DNA from: Microgenomates group bacterium | GTDB taxonomy: Bacteria; Patescibacteriota; Microgenomatia; UBA10105; UBA927 | Reading direction: 5' to 3' | Assembly: GCA_049287205.1 (NCBI GenBank) | Contig: JBAQFJ010000001.1 | Span: forward strand, 703,041 to 767,040 | Length of the DNA stretch: 64,000 nt | In this document: piece by piece, positions 1 through 9,950 of the stretch | How the letters are laid out: the number at the start of each line of letters is the position of its first letter | How positions within the stretch are numbered: position 1 is the first letter of the stretch | Translations under genes and position numbers: made by a program | Notes under the pieces: model-generated | What the model saw: only the letters and a program-made list of their open reading frames with translations | The model's database searches: none | What the model was told of the DNA's origin: nothing

Positions 1-600
1 CTGTGAAACAATATCTTCGAAATCAAATTCAAAACTTTTAGGTTCTTCAATTTCAGAAAATTTCTGATGCACAACGGGCGGTATACTCTCAATACCCATC
101 ATATGATGAAACAACGCAAGTAATGTATGTACCGGATATATGTCTACTCCTGAAATAATTGAGGCTTCAAGTGCGTCAACAGCCGGCACAAAAAAAGCTG
201 CCACTTTTTCCTGACGCGCCAGCATAGCCATCGTCAATATTCCGTTGGTATGACGCAAACTTCCGTCGAGCGAAACTTCGCCGACAAAAAATGCTTTTTC
301 TTTATATGCATGTACCTGCCCTGAGGCAAGTAAAATTCCGAGCGCTATGGGAATGTCGTACGCAGGACCGTTTTTCGGCAAATCTGCAGGTGCTAAATTG
401 ACGGTAATCCGTTTTACAGGAAACTCTGCGCCGCTATTTCTAATCGCCGCCCGCACACGTTCTTTACTTTCTTCAATTGCCTTATCAGGAAGACCGACAA
501 TGGTAAATGAAGGAAGACCTTGTGACGCAATATCGACTTCAATGACAACCGGTGTAGCGGTCAACCCTGTTATGGCGCCTGAATATACTTTTGCAAGCAC
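1..600 (-). CDS. Mg-chelatase-like AAA+ ATPase, ComM/YifB family; only the N-terminal part is in the window (gene runs off the left edge)
   Basis: Manual minus-strand translation from GTG at 598-600 gives VLQKVYSGAITGLTATPVVIEVDIASQGLPSFTIVGLPDKAIEESKERVRAAIRNSGAEFP...YDIPIALGILLASGQ...GEVSLDGSLR, the ComM/YifB N-terminal Lon-like domain. Absent from the ORF track (no in-window stop). Confidence 0.7.
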   Translation of the reverse strand, partial: MLAKVYSGAITGLTATPVVIEVDIASQGLPSFTIVGLPDKAIEESKERVRAAIRNSGAEFPVKRITVNLAPADLPKNGPAYDIPIALGILLASGQVHAYKEKAFFVGEVSLDGSLRHTNGILTMAMLARQEKVAAFFVPAVDALEASIISGVDIYPVHTLLALFHHMMGIESIPPVVHQKFSEIEEPKSFEFDFEDIVSQ

Positions 601-652
601 AATATATCCAGTATGTCCTCACTTGGGATTTACTGTCAATAATGACCTCGGG

Positions 653-661
653 TGATATAAT
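653..661 (+). promoter_or_regulatory. Extended -10 element (TGaTATAAT) placed to start rnpB transcription near 668
   Basis: 'tgatataat' at 653-661 lies 7 nt upstream of the first base of the RNase P P1 helix. Confidence 0.4.
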
Positions 662-667
662 ACACAC

Positions 668-1037
668 GCGCTGAGATAACAGATCTTTACGCTCTAGCCT
701 CAAAACTAGGGTGAGGAAAGTCCAGACAGCAGGATATGAGGGGACTCCGCGTAAGCGGTGACCTAACCTAGGAAACTGGGAAGGGCTGGTGATTCATCTT
801 TGAAAAAAGATGAATACGATTCCTGAATCGACAGGATGAGAGAGTCACAGAGACGATTTTATTTCTACCTTTCTTAGGAAACATGAAATAAGGGTGAAAC
901 GTTGACAATCCCACTCGCTGCAACCGACGACTAATCCGTTATTAGGACATATCCCCGAGGATTGAAGCATGCGGGCATTAGATAAATGAAGATCGGCCGA
1001 AAGGCTACAGAATCTGGCTTATCGTTATTTCAGCGCA
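668..1037 (+). ncRNA. rnpB: RNase P RNA, bacterial type A (ribozyme subunit)
   Basis: 'GAGGAAAGTCCAGAC' (P4 5' strand) at about 711-725, 'AGGGTGAAACG' near 891-901, and 'ACAGAATCTGGCTTATCG' (P4 3' strand) near 1007-1024. P1 pairs 668-679 'gcgctgagataa' with 1025-1036 'ttatttcagcgc'. Confidence 0.85.
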
Positions 1038-1040
1038 CTC

Positions 1041-2045
1041 TTAGTTTTTCTTTATTTCTTTTTCTCCGGTGAGTGCTTGAATCAGTTCCTGAATAATCAA
1101 AAGAATTGGAATCGCAAGCACTGCTCCCGTGATACCTGCAAGTTTACTGCCGACCAATAATGAAAATATGGTAATTATTGGGGATAATCCAACGCTTTTT
1201 TTCATAATCAAAGGAACAATCAAATTATTTTCAAGCTGTTGAATAACTAAATATAAAATACCGACACTTAACCCTGTGACTGGCGATATCGAAAGCGCAA
1301 TCAAAATGGCAGGGATTGCTGAAACAATTGGTCCTATGTTTGGTACTATTTCAAGAAGTCCTGCAATGATTGCAAGCGGCAATGCAAATTTTACTCCAAG
1401 GAGTAAAAGGCCCACATAGGAAAGCAAACCGACAGTGATCATCAGAAATAGCTGCCCCAACATCCATGAGCCAAGTCTGCCCTCAATCCGCTCCACAACA
1501 TCAATAAATGAAGTTGCTCTCTCTCTTCCGACAAATCCGGTTACAATTTTTTCTGCATGTTTTCTCTCAAGAAGAAAATAGAATGAAAAGACCATAACCA
1601 TACCGACAGCAACCACATTCGAAAAAATGCTGATCGTCACCTTTAAAATATTCTGACCAATTGGTGCGAGCTGTTGAGAGAATGAATTCAAATCAAGATT
1701 CAAATGCGGCAGCATGTTTGAAATAATATTCGGAAACGCCTGAGTAAATCCTGTAATTTCTGCAACAAGCGAAGGGATTGTTCCTGCAATAGAAAATCCA
1801 ACCACACCAAATACAACTATATATATAAGTATTGTTGCTAACAGTCTTGGCATCCGCTTACTCACCATCCAGTCTACTGTCGGTTTAAACGTAGACATGA
1901 TAATAAAAGCAATAAAAACAAGAAAAAGAATATCGCGAATCTGCAACACAAACCAAATTGACGCAAGAAGAACCAAGGTAAAAATGATTGTTTTATGAGA
2001 AATTTCTATTTTGGATATCATACCATGTAGTGAAATTTCGACCAT
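1041..2045 (-). CDS. AI-2E family transporter (UPF0118/PerM-like permease)
   Basis: 334 aa, multi-TM, 'LLEIVPNIGPIVSAIP' signature of the AI-2E/UPF0118 family. Confidence 0.8.
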   Translation of the reverse strand: MVEISLHGMISKIEISHKTIIFTLVLLASIWFVLQIRDILFLVFIAFIIMSTFKPTVDWMVSKRMPRLLATILIYIVVFGVVGFSIAGTIPSLVAEITGFTQAFPNIISNMLPHLNLDLNSFSQQLAPIGQNILKVTISIFSNVVAVGMVMVFSFYFLLERKHAEKIVTGFVGRERATSFIDVVERIEGRLGSWMLGQLFLMITVGLLSYVGLLLLGVKFALPLAIIAGLLEIVPNIGPIVSAIPAILIALSISPVTGLSVGILYLVIQQLENNLIVPLIMKKSVGLSPIITIFSLLVGSKLAGITGAVLAIPILLIIQELIQALTGEKEIKKN

Positions 2046-2162
2046 TGCCTTTTATGCTGTCAAAATCTCAACGTCCTTTCATTAAATATTTTCCTGTTAT
2101 GCCATACTCATCCTGAATTCGGGCAATGCGGTAAGCATGTCGAAATTCTACTACGTGGCATA

Positions 2163-3062
2163 CTACTCATGAGTATACCATGAAGCGACAAGTGACTCTA
2201 TCGCATCCGTTTCCCCACTTTTTTGTATATCAAACCATCGGATTGTTTTATCTTTCCGAAACCATGTCATCTGACGCCTGGCATATGCATGCTCATCATA
2301 TTTCCATTGCTGTATAACCGATTCTTTTGTCGCCAGCTTTTCAAAATATGGCTTCCACTGCCTATACCCAAGACTGCTCATCGACGGCAAATCCCAACCA
2401 TATCCGTTATCAAGTAATGTTTGTATTTCATGAATGACTCCCTGTGATACCCGCTTCTCCACTCGCTCGTCAATGCGCGAATAGAGCGTGACTGTATCTA
2501 ACCGCAACCCAATTTGCAACACATCATATGAACATTGTTCTTGTTTGATTTCTTTTTGGTTTCCCATCGCTATCTCAATTTTCCGAATCAAACGTCTTGG
2601 ATTTTCTCTATCAGAAAAATTCAGTGCGTCCCAATATATTTTTCCAACTTCCTGCAATTTTTTCTGCAATTCTTCTTTTGAGTTGAAAGAAAGCTCATTT
2701 CTGAGTGTTTCATTTGGTTCAACCTGAATAGTTAACGGATGAAATAAAACGTGGATATATAATCCAGATCCACCGACAATAATCGGCAACTTCTTTCGTT
2801 TAATAATATCATCAATGCAAATCTGGGCTTTTGTTTGATACAAAGAAATGTTAAACGGCTCTTCGGGATGAACAATATCATACAAATGCATTGGAATGCC
2901 TTCAAGTGTTTCAATATCTTTTCCCGTGCCGATATCCATTCCGCGATACACCTGACGAGAATCAGCTGATACGAGTTCTCCATTAAATTTTTTGGCAAGT
3001 GCAACCGCATGTGCAGTTTTTCCTGTTGCAGTAGGACCGACAATTGCAAGTAGCTTATTCAT
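2163..3062 (-). CDS. miaA: tRNA dimethylallyltransferase
   Basis: N-terminal P-loop 'IVGPTATGKTAHAVALAKKF', 'SADSRQVYRGMDIGTGK'. Confidence 0.9.
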   Translation of the reverse strand: MNKLLAIVGPTATGKTAHAVALAKKFNGELVSADSRQVYRGMDIGTGKDIETLEGIPMHLYDIVHPEEPFNISLYQTKAQICIDDIIKRKKLPIIVGGSGLYIHVLFHPLTIQVEPNETLRNELSFNSKEELQKKLQEVGKIYWDALNFSDRENPRRLIRKIEIAMGNQKEIKQEQCSYDVLQIGLRLDTVTLYSRIDERVEKRVSQGVIHEIQTLLDNGYGWDLPSMSSLGYRQWKPYFEKLATKESVIQQWKYDEHAYARRQMTWFRKDKTIRWFDIQKSGETDAIESLVASWYTHE

Positions 3063-4212
3063 ACAACGGGTAGGTTCCTTTTCTGAGATTTGTTTTATTA
3101 ATCAGTTCATCTAATACTTCCCATCTCCGCTTTTTCTCTGCATATGGAATCGTATCGCCTAATGTGTTGTGTGCGAACGTCGAAGGCCTGTCGGAATAGA
3201 TTGATATATATGCTTTTGCAAAACCGACGGTTTCACAAAGTTTGATCGTATGTTCAAATTGTTTGACTGTTTCATCCGGAAATCCAACAATAATGTCGGT
3301 TGAAAACTGCACATCAGGGATTTTTTTCCTCATCTTATTTACTAACCGAATATATCCAGCCGGCGTATACCAACGATTCATCCGTTTTAACACCGTTGTA
3401 TCTCCTGACTGCACAGGAAGATGAATGAGCCGTTTAATATTTTTATTGCTTGCAATCACTTCAATCAGTTCATCAGAAAAATCCCATGGATTACTCGAAA
3501 TAAAATCAATTGATTGCAAACCTGATATTGCGGCGACCTCAGTCAACAAATGCGGGAACAATGTCGGAATCCGCATTTTTCCTAAATGCTTTACATATAC
3601 CGGCTTTATCCCGTTTCCGTTTTTGTCCAATATTTTTTTCTTTTTTACTAAATCAGCGCCATAGGAATTCACATTTTGTCCGACAAGAGTAATTATTGTC
3701 ACGCCATCATGCGCAAGTTGCTCACATTCTTTGATAATTTCTTCCATCGGTCGTGATACTTCTCGGCCCCTTGCAAATGGAACAACGCAGTAGGAACAAA
3801 AATTATTACAGCCGTTACTGATAAGAACGAGTGCGTGTTTTGGATCAGATCTCAGTTGAACACTTGCAAATCCGACTTCCTCAATTGCTAAAAACTCATC
3901 CACCATCGGATACTTTTTTTTGTATCCAGCCATTATTTTCCCTGACGTATCTCGGATGGCGAGTCCTGTCATGCACCCAGTTACTATAATTTTCACTTTT
4001 CTTCCAGCTGTTTTTTCTATTCCTAAATTCCTGAGCAGCCCTGTCACTCTGTCTTCTGCGGATTGTCTGATCATACAGGTAACAATGACGACTTCGTCTG
4101 CTTCAACAATAGTTTCTGCAGCACTCCATCCACGACCAACGTAGGAAGCTGCAATGCGCTCACTTTCTGCAGTGTTTGCAGCACAACCGAATACTGAAAG
4201 GTAATACTTCAT
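3055..4212 (-). CDS. miaB: Radical-SAM tRNA methylthiotransferase (MiaB-like, no C-terminal TRAM domain)
   Basis: 'NGCNNFCSYCVVPFARGREVSRP' CxxxCxxC radical-SAM motif; N-terminal MTTase domain; overlaps miaA by 8 nt. Confidence 0.8.
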   Translation of the reverse strand: MKYYLSVFGCAANTAESERIAASYVGRGWSAAETIVEADEVVIVTCMIRQSAEDRVTGLLRNLGIEKTAGRKVKIIVTGCMTGLAIRDTSGKIMAGYKKKYPMVDEFLAIEEVGFASVQLRSDPKHALVLISNGCNNFCSYCVVPFARGREVSRPMEEIIKECEQLAHDGVTIITLVGQNVNSYGADLVKKKKILDKNGNGIKPVYVKHLGKMRIPTLFPHLLTEVAAISGLQSIDFISSNPWDFSDELIEVIASNKNIKRLIHLPVQSGDTTVLKRMNRWYTPAGYIRLVNKMRKKIPDVQFSTDIIVGFPDETVKQFEHTIKLCETVGFAKAYISIYSDRPSTFAHNTLGDTIPYAEKKRRWEVLDELINKTNLRKGTYPLYE

Positions 4213-4236
4213 GAAGACGATTGTAGCAGAATTTTC

Positions 4237-5067
4237 TTATTCTTTCCCGACAATCACGACTGCATTATATTGCAGCGAACTTTTCAGCGTTGCAGCTGAG
4301 GATCCGACTACATAGGAACCAGTGAGATCAGCGGTCAGAATACTGATAAATGCTTCATTATCTGCGGTCACTTGTATTTCCGTTTGTTCATACTCATATG
4401 ATTTTGCATTTCCAGTTCCCTCAACCGTATATCCTTTTTCCTCTAAGAGCGCTTTCATTTTATTTGCCTCACCTGCAATTCCGGATCCATTCAGTACCTG
4501 AATTTTCAATGTGGTTTTATCAACAACAGGTGTAGGTATTGCCGTTGGAATCGGTGCAACTGTCGGTGTAGGGGCTGGTTTTGCGGCAAGAGACGGGATT
4601 TTCACTGATCCCCGACTTGTAGCAATAATAATTGCGCCAATTGCGACCACCAGAAGAATTATTCCGAGCGCCCACAGAACCACTCCGGAAATCGGTGATT
4701 TTTTATGTACACTGATATTCGGATAGCCAAATGAGGGAGTGAGAGGTTCCCTGCCTGCAGACGAGGCGGGTTTTTTTACAAAAAATTCACTCACCACTTC
4801 CTGTTTCTTTTCTTCGTCTGTTTTTGCATCTTCAGGAGCCAATGTTTCATTTGGCTCAATCATTTCAGTATGTGTTGTTTCACTTTCTGTTTTCTCTTCC
4901 ATCTGTTCTGTTTTTTCAGGAATTTCATTTTCCTCTTCCATGACTTCCACGACTTGCATCACCTGTGGTGCAGATTCTTTTTTTGGAGATTCTTCTGCTA
5001 AACTCTCTATTTTTTCCTCAACCGTTTCTTCTTTTTTTGTTTTTGCTGTAGATGCTTTTTTTACCAT
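4237..5067 (-). CDS. Membrane protein with acidic N-terminal tail, one TM helix and a C-terminal LytR_C-type domain
   Basis: C-terminal 'TLKIQVLNGSGIAGEANKMKALLEEKGYTV..GNA' resembles the LytR C-terminal domain; hydrophobic helix 'GVVLWALGIILLVVAIGAIIIA'. Confidence 0.55.
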   Translation of the reverse strand: MVKKASTAKTKKEETVEEKIESLAEESPKKESAPQVMQVVEVMEEENEIPEKTEQMEEKTESETTHTEMIEPNETLAPEDAKTDEEKKQEVVSEFFVKKPASSAGREPLTPSFGYPNISVHKKSPISGVVLWALGIILLVVAIGAIIIATSRGSVKIPSLAAKPAPTPTVAPIPTAIPTPVVDKTTLKIQVLNGSGIAGEANKMKALLEEKGYTVEGTGNAKSYEYEQTEIQVTADNEAFISILTADLTGSYVVGSSAATLKSSLQYNAVVIVGKE

Positions 5068-5113
5068 ACATAAATAGTGTACACGGAGTATTTTTAGAAA
5101 TCAATGAATGCAT

Positions 5114-5143
5114 CAAAAAAAGGAAAAGCTCCTTGTTGCTTTT
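5114..5143 (-). terminator. Rho-independent terminator downstream of hup
   Basis: Minus strand: stem 'aaaagc'/'gctttt' with an 8-nt loop, followed by 'cc' and 7 T. Confidence 0.45.
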
Positions 5144-5180
5144 ATTTTCATAAATGCTTGAGGAGTCTTTCCTATATATT

Positions 5181-5215
5181 GTTTGAAAAAATTAATCAGA
5201 ATTACCGGACTGATT
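5181..5215 (-). terminator. Hairpin and U-tract spanning the hup stop codon
   Basis: Stem 'aatcag'/'ctgatt' (loop 'aattaccgga') followed on the minus strand by 'aattttttc'. Confidence 0.35.
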
Positions 5216-5474
5216 TTTTCAATGCTTTTCCTGCTGTAAAACCAGGGGTCTTACGTGCTGGAATGCTGATTGGTTTTCCGGTTTGTGGATTTCGGCCGGT
5301 TCGTGCTTTTCGGGATCGGATCATAAATGTTCCAAATCCTGTCACCACGACTTTGTCACCTTTTTTCAATGCATCAGTCATAGCACCGAATACTGCAGCA
5401 ACGGATTCACGAGCTGCTTTTGCTGTAAGGCTTGCCTTTTTTGCAACGATTTCAACTAAATCTGCTTTTGTCAT
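5202..5474 (-). CDS. hup: DNA-binding protein HU
   Basis: 'MTKADLVEIVAKK...GFGTF..R..R.GRNPQTG' (91 aa); trimmed from the 123-aa ORF to the ATG at 5474 preceded by an 'aggaggtg' SD. Confidence 0.85.
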   Translation of the reverse strand: MTKADLVEIVAKKASLTAKAARESVAAVFGAMTDALKKGDKVVVTGFGTFMIRSRKARTGRNPQTGKPISIPARKTPGFTAGKALKKSVR

Positions 5475-5699
5475 AATTGTATTTTCACCTCCTAGTCGGG
5501 CAGCAAATTTTTGTCTTAGACTGTTGTAACAATCTCTATGAATCACGATATGGAATTTGGATTGTACTGTCAAGATGTCAAAAAATATATCGCACTAGTA
5601 CAATCCGAATCGTAATAGATTAAAAGCAGAGCGCGTTATGACGCGAAATATTTTATTTGGTCTAAAAAACCAAATTATGTAGAATTCCCTGTAAAAAAA

Positions 5700-7271
5700 T
5701 TAGTGAGCAATTTCTGTCGCACGTAATTCCCGAACAACAGTGACTTTGATTTGTCCTGGGAATGTGATTTTATCTTCAATTTCTTCCTTAATTTTTTGTG
5801 CGATGATTGTTGCTGTTGCATCATCAACTTTCCCCGGATCCACTGCGACCCTGAGCTCGCGTCCTGCTTGAAATGCAAATACTTCTTTCACACCCTCATG
5901 TGCACGAGCAATATCTTCAAGATCTTTCAGTCTCTTGATGTATTCATCATAATTCTCATACCTAGCTCCTGGCCTACTTCCTGATATTGCGTCAGCAATA
6001 TAGGTAAGCATGGATTCGCTGCTTGTAAACGGCGTGTCTTCATGATGTTGTGCCACACAGTCAATCACTGCGGGAGGAAGACCATATTTTTTACACAGTT
6101 CCACTCCGAGTTCCACATGACTTCCCTCTTTATCATTGATCACTTTTCCGATATCGTGAAGCAAGCATCCTAAACGAACAATATTTGCATCAGCTCCCAC
6201 TTCTTTGGCAAGCGCGATACCAATTTTTGTCTCCTCAAGGGTATGCGCGATCATATTTTGTCCGTAGGAGAACCGATATTTAAATCGGCCCAACATTGCG
6301 ACGATCGGCGAAGGCAAATTATACACGCCGACGGCGTGACATAATTTTTGACCTTCCTCAAACATGATGCGTTCAATTTCTTTTTTCACCTGTTCAATAA
6401 TTTCTTCAATCCGACCCGGTTGCACACGACCATCTTTAAGTAGTCTCTCAAGTGCAACTCTCGCAATTTCCCGTCTCACCGGATCAAAACAGGAAAGACG
6501 AATCACTCCTTCTTCATCAAGATCTACATCAACTCCTGTTGCTGTTTCAAACGCTCTGATATTCCGTCCTTCTTTTCCGATAATCCTACCCTTTACATCT
6601 TCATCTTGAATTTTAATGACCGATACTGTGAACTCTGCAACATATTCTGTTGCGCCATGTCGCATCGCATCAACGAGAATTTCCTTTGCTTTGCTTTCTG
6701 ATTCTTCTTCCGCTTTGATATATGCTTCTTTAATTTCTTTGGCAATAAGAGGCTTCATTTTTTCCTGTGCCTGTTCGAGGACAAGATTCCTTGCTTCTTC
6801 GCTCGTCATGCGCGCAATTTTTTCCAACTTTGCGGTCAGTTCTGCACGAATTGCGTCCACTTCTGTCAATCGTTTTTGTACAGTTTGTTCAACATCAGCT
6901 ACATGCTTTTCCCGTTCTTCGACTGCTCCTTCTCGTTTCACCGCAACATCGAGTCGTTTTCGTACTTCTTCTTCTGATTCTCGTTTTATTCTGTATGCTT
7001 CGTCTTTTGCTTCAACAATGAGCTCTCTCGCTTGAGCAGTGGCCATGGCAATCTGCGCCTGCGCTTGAGCTGCTGCTTGTTGCAGCTGTTGAGTCGCTTG
7101 TGCGGAAGCTTGCGCATCATTTTTCTTTACATCTTTTGCTGACTGCACTTGTGGCGCCACCTGAGCTTTTGGCTGTTCACCTAAAGCTGGTGGTTTTTTT
7201 GCTGGCTGTTTTGCGGCAACTGTCGGCCGAGATTTAACAAGTGTTGATAACGTTTTTAATACATCAAACAT
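5700..7271 (-). CDS. rny: Ribonuclease Y
   Basis: 523 aa; KH domain 'GRIIGKEGRNIRAFE', HD domain 'LLHDIGK'; GGAGG SD upstream. Confidence 0.9.
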   Translation of the reverse strand: MFDVLKTLSTLVKSRPTVAAKQPAKKPPALGEQPKAQVAPQVQSAKDVKKNDAQASAQATQQLQQAAAQAQAQIAMATAQARELIVEAKDEAYRIKRESEEEVRKRLDVAVKREGAVEEREKHVADVEQTVQKRLTEVDAIRAELTAKLEKIARMTSEEARNLVLEQAQEKMKPLIAKEIKEAYIKAEEESESKAKEILVDAMRHGATEYVAEFTVSVIKIQDEDVKGRIIGKEGRNIRAFETATGVDVDLDEEGVIRLSCFDPVRREIARVALERLLKDGRVQPGRIEEIIEQVKKEIERIMFEEGQKLCHAVGVYNLPSPIVAMLGRFKYRFSYGQNMIAHTLEETKIGIALAKEVGADANIVRLGCLLHDIGKVINDKEGSHVELGVELCKKYGLPPAVIDCVAQHHEDTPFTSSESMLTYIADAISGSRPGARYENYDEYIKRLKDLEDIARAHEGVKEVFAFQAGRELRVAVDPGKVDDATATIIAQKIKEEIEDKITFPGQIKVTVVRELRATEIAH

Positions 7272-7509
7272 ATTTCCTCCAAATTCTATTATTTGTTTGA
7301 AGACGTAAGGGATTACCCCTGTATAGTAAAACCACCAAAAGAAGCGCCTCTTTTTTGTTTAGGCGGATAGCGATGTAGGAGATAAAAATTCTATTATGGT
7401 TGTCATAATCCTACGAACTCTATACTTCTTGTACTTCTTTTGATAGTTTTGAAAAGACATACTTGCATTACGTCTTCTGTCTCTTCAATTGTTCCTTATT
7501 GTAATGAAT

Positions 7510-7998
7510 CTATGCTCTTTCGTCAATGATTTTGTAGATTGCGGTGCTTGAAAAGCCGCGGGACGCAAGAAAGCGATATACCTTTTGTTTGCGTTCTTGT
7601 ATAGGGAGCGACTGCCATTGCCGCCATTTTTTCTCTATCGCCTTCCTCGCTTGCATAAGTTCACTTGATTCTTCGCCTTCTGTGGTAAAATTTTCAGAGC
7701 AAATAGCTTCAATAATGTCTGATTGAACACCTTTTTTCTTCAATTCCATACGAATCAGTCTCTCTCCCTTGGGACGGCTTCGCATACGGCTCTCCACAAA
7801 CATCCGAGCATATGCTGCATCATCTACCAAACGAAGCTGGGTAAGGCGCTCCAATGCCTCTAAAACGGCTGTTTCAGCCATATGGAACCGTGTAGCGCGC
7901 TTTGCCAAATAGATACGAATTTCCGCCTCACTCCGCGGGTGAATCGATATATAGGCAATAGCAGCTCCTATGAGTTTTTGAAGCTTTTCATCTTCCAT
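7510..7998 (-). CDS. recX: RecA regulator RecX
   Basis: 162 aa helical-repeat protein immediately downstream of recA; RecX-like 'YAR.F.ESR..S..G...I..EL..KGV'. Confidence 0.8.
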   Translation of the reverse strand: MEDEKLQKLIGAAIAYISIHPRSEAEIRIYLAKRATRFHMAETAVLEALERLTQLRLVDDAAYARMFVESRMRSRPKGERLIRMELKKKGVQSDIIEAICSENFTTEGEESSELMQARKAIEKKWRQWQSLPIQERKQKVYRFLASRGFSSTAIYKIIDERA

Positions 7999-8012
7999 GA
8001 GATTACCAAGTA

Positions 8013-9050
8013 TTATTCTTCTGTCTCTTCACCGACAACAACCTTATTTTGCACAGATCCTGATTTTACGACTTTCCAAATTGCCTCACTGATTTCTTTC
8101 GCTATTTTTGGATTCTCTTTCAGGAATAATTTTGATGCTTCTTTTCCTTGTCCCAACATCTGTGTGCCGTGCTTGATAAACGCGCCGGATTTGGTAAGAA
8201 TATTAAATTCAACACCGACATCGATGAGTGCTCCCTCTTTAGAAATTCCGTCATGCATCACATCAAACTCCGCAATTCGAAATGGTGGAGCAACTTTATT
8301 TTTAACAACCCGAATCCGGTGTCTTGAACCAATAACTTTATCTCCATCTTTTAAGGATTCAATTTTCCGTGAATCCAAACGGACGGATGCATAAAATTTC
8401 ATTGCAAGTCCTCCAGGGGTTGTCTCCGGATTACCGAACATCACGCCGATTTTTTGTCTGAGTTGATTAGTAAACATCACCACCGCTTTGGATTTGGAAA
8501 TAACAGATGTCAGTCTCCTTAACGCCTGTGACATGAGTCTTGCCTGCACACCAATCATGCTGTCCCCAATATCCCCTTCAAGCTCTGCTCGTGGTACAAG
8601 TGCCGCAACAGAATCAATAACGATAACATCGACTCCTCCGCTCCTAATCAGTGTTTCAGCAATCTCAAGCGCCTGTTCTCCGGAATCCGGTTGAGAAATC
8701 AAGAGGTCTTCCAATTTTACTCCCAAGGTCTGTGCCCATTGCGGGTCGAGCGCGTGTTCTGCATCAATGAATGCTGCAGTTCCACCAAGTTTTTGCGCTT
8801 CTGCAATCACAGACAAACAGGCGGTTGTTTTTCCTGATGCTTCCGGCCCGTAAATCTCAACAATTCTTCCCCGTGGAATTCCACCGACGCCAAGTGCTAA
8901 ATCGAGTGGAAGAATTCCGGTTGAAATGACATCAATGGCAAGTTTATCCGTAGACCGTTCTCCAAATCGCATGATGGAACCTTTTCCATATTGCTTCTCA
9001 ATCTGATCCATAGCAAGACGGACTGCTTGAAGTTTTGCATCAACTGGCAT
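8013..9050 (-). CDS. recA: Recombinase A
   Basis: '[16 protein letters not shown]' Walker A, 345 aa, collinear RecA core. Confidence 0.95.
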   Translation of the reverse strand: MPVDAKLQAVRLAMDQIEKQYGKGSIMRFGERSTDKLAIDVISTGILPLDLALGVGGIPRGRIVEIYGPEASGKTTACLSVIAEAQKLGGTAAFIDAEHALDPQWAQTLGVKLEDLLISQPDSGEQALEIAETLIRSGGVDVIVIDSVAALVPRAELEGDIGDSMIGVQARLMSQALRRLTSVISKSKAVVMFTNQLRQKIGVMFGNPETTPGGLAMKFYASVRLDSRKIESLKDGDKVIGSRHRIRVVKNKVAPPFRIAEFDVMHDGISKEGALIDVGVEFNILTKSGAFIKHGTQMLGQGKEASKLFLKENPKIAKEISEAIWKVVKSGSVQNKVVVGEETEE

Positions 9051-9149
9051 ATGAGACTCCTTTTATTTCGGGCAGAAATTAATACGTATTTTTATCCTGA
9101 AGCTTCATACCATTTTTACACAGCGGATGGTAGAATACAATATATCACA

Positions 9150-9225
9150 CGGGACGTAGTTCAGTTGGTAGAACGCACGGCTGGGGGTCGTGAGGTCGAG
9201 GGTTCAAGTCTCTCCGTCCCGACCA
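9150..9225 (+). tRNA. tRNA-Pro, anticodon GGG, CCA encoded
   Basis: Hand-folded cloverleaf: acceptor cgggacg/cgtcccg (C1:G72 typical of bacterial tRNA-Pro), D-arm gttc/gaac, anticodon loop 'ctGGGgg', T-arm gaggg-ttcaagt-ctctc, A73, CCA. Confidence 0.8.
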
Positions 9226-9238
9226 GAAAACAACATAT

Positions 9239-9865
9239 ATGATAAAAACAATTCTTTTTGATATTGATGGCGTTTTAATTGATTCATTCGAAGCAAATTT
9301 TCGTTTCATACAAGCGCTCTTTGTAAAAGGTGGGTACCCACCTCCAAACCGTGAGGAATATGTTCCCCTGTTTCAAATGCCCATGATGGATGTCATTAAA
9401 ACAGTGACAACATCTGAAAAAGAAATTGAACGGATGATGCAAATAGGAAAAGACAACCGATCTGACATGTATTCCTACGATTTGATTACCACATCAGAAC
9501 ACATGGAGGAAATTCTCAAACGACTTCATGCTTCCTATACATTAGGTGTTGTCACCAGCAGGTTAAAAAAATTTATTTTTGACATCAAACAATTACAAAC
9601 AGTTGAAAAATATTTTGACATTGTCGTTTCGTTTGAAGACACCGAAAAACATAAACCCAATCCTGAGCCACTTCACCATGCAATCAATCAATTAAAAATT
9701 TTACCGGAAGAAACGATATATATCGGCGATCAAGAAGCAGATTTTCTCGCCGCTCGTGCTGCGGGAACAAAAATTATTATGCTTACGGAACAATCTTTTC
9801 CGAATGCAGACGCATGTATCACTTCTTTTAAAGATATTCCAAAAGCAATTTTGAAAGTTGCATAA
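9239..9865 (+). CDS. HAD-superfamily hydrolase (phosphatase, PGP/beta-PGM-like)
   Basis: Motif I 'ILFDIDGVLIDS', later 'YIGDQEAD'. Confidence 0.75.
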   Translation: MIKTILFDIDGVLIDSFEANFRFIQALFVKGGYPPPNREEYVPLFQMPMMDVIKTVTTSEKEIERMMQIGKDNRSDMYSYDLITTSEHMEEILKRLHASYTLGVVTSRLKKFIFDIKQLQTVEKYFDIVVSFEDTEKHKPNPEPLHHAINQLKILPEETIYIGDQEADFLAARAAGTKIIMLTEQSFPNADACITSFKDIPKAILKVA

Positions 9866-9950
9866 TTGTGCTTTTGTATTTTATTCCTTATACTAAAATT
9901 AGTTACGTATTTTTTACATCTATTTTTCTGCCCCAAATAATTTTTGCTCA

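Noticed and set aside
347-655. 102-aa plus-strand ORF from the track
   Set aside because: It lies antisense to a region that translates on the minus strand into the highly conserved ComM/YifB N-terminal domain. It has no SD and odd composition.
2160-2181. 12-bp perfect palindrome 'tactcatgagta' at the miaA stop
   Set aside because: It lies within the last codons of miaA, is not followed by a U-tract, and has no matching partner. It is probably coincidental.
7272-7509. 6S RNA (ssrS) in the recX-rny spacer
   Set aside because: Only a terminal 10-bp inverted repeat is evident. No convincing long interrupted helix with a central bubble could be paired by hand, so it is kept as a generic structured-leader candidate.
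8991-9242. 83-aa plus-strand ORF
   Set aside because: It is fully occupied by the tRNA-Pro gene and the recA upstream region, so it is an artefact.
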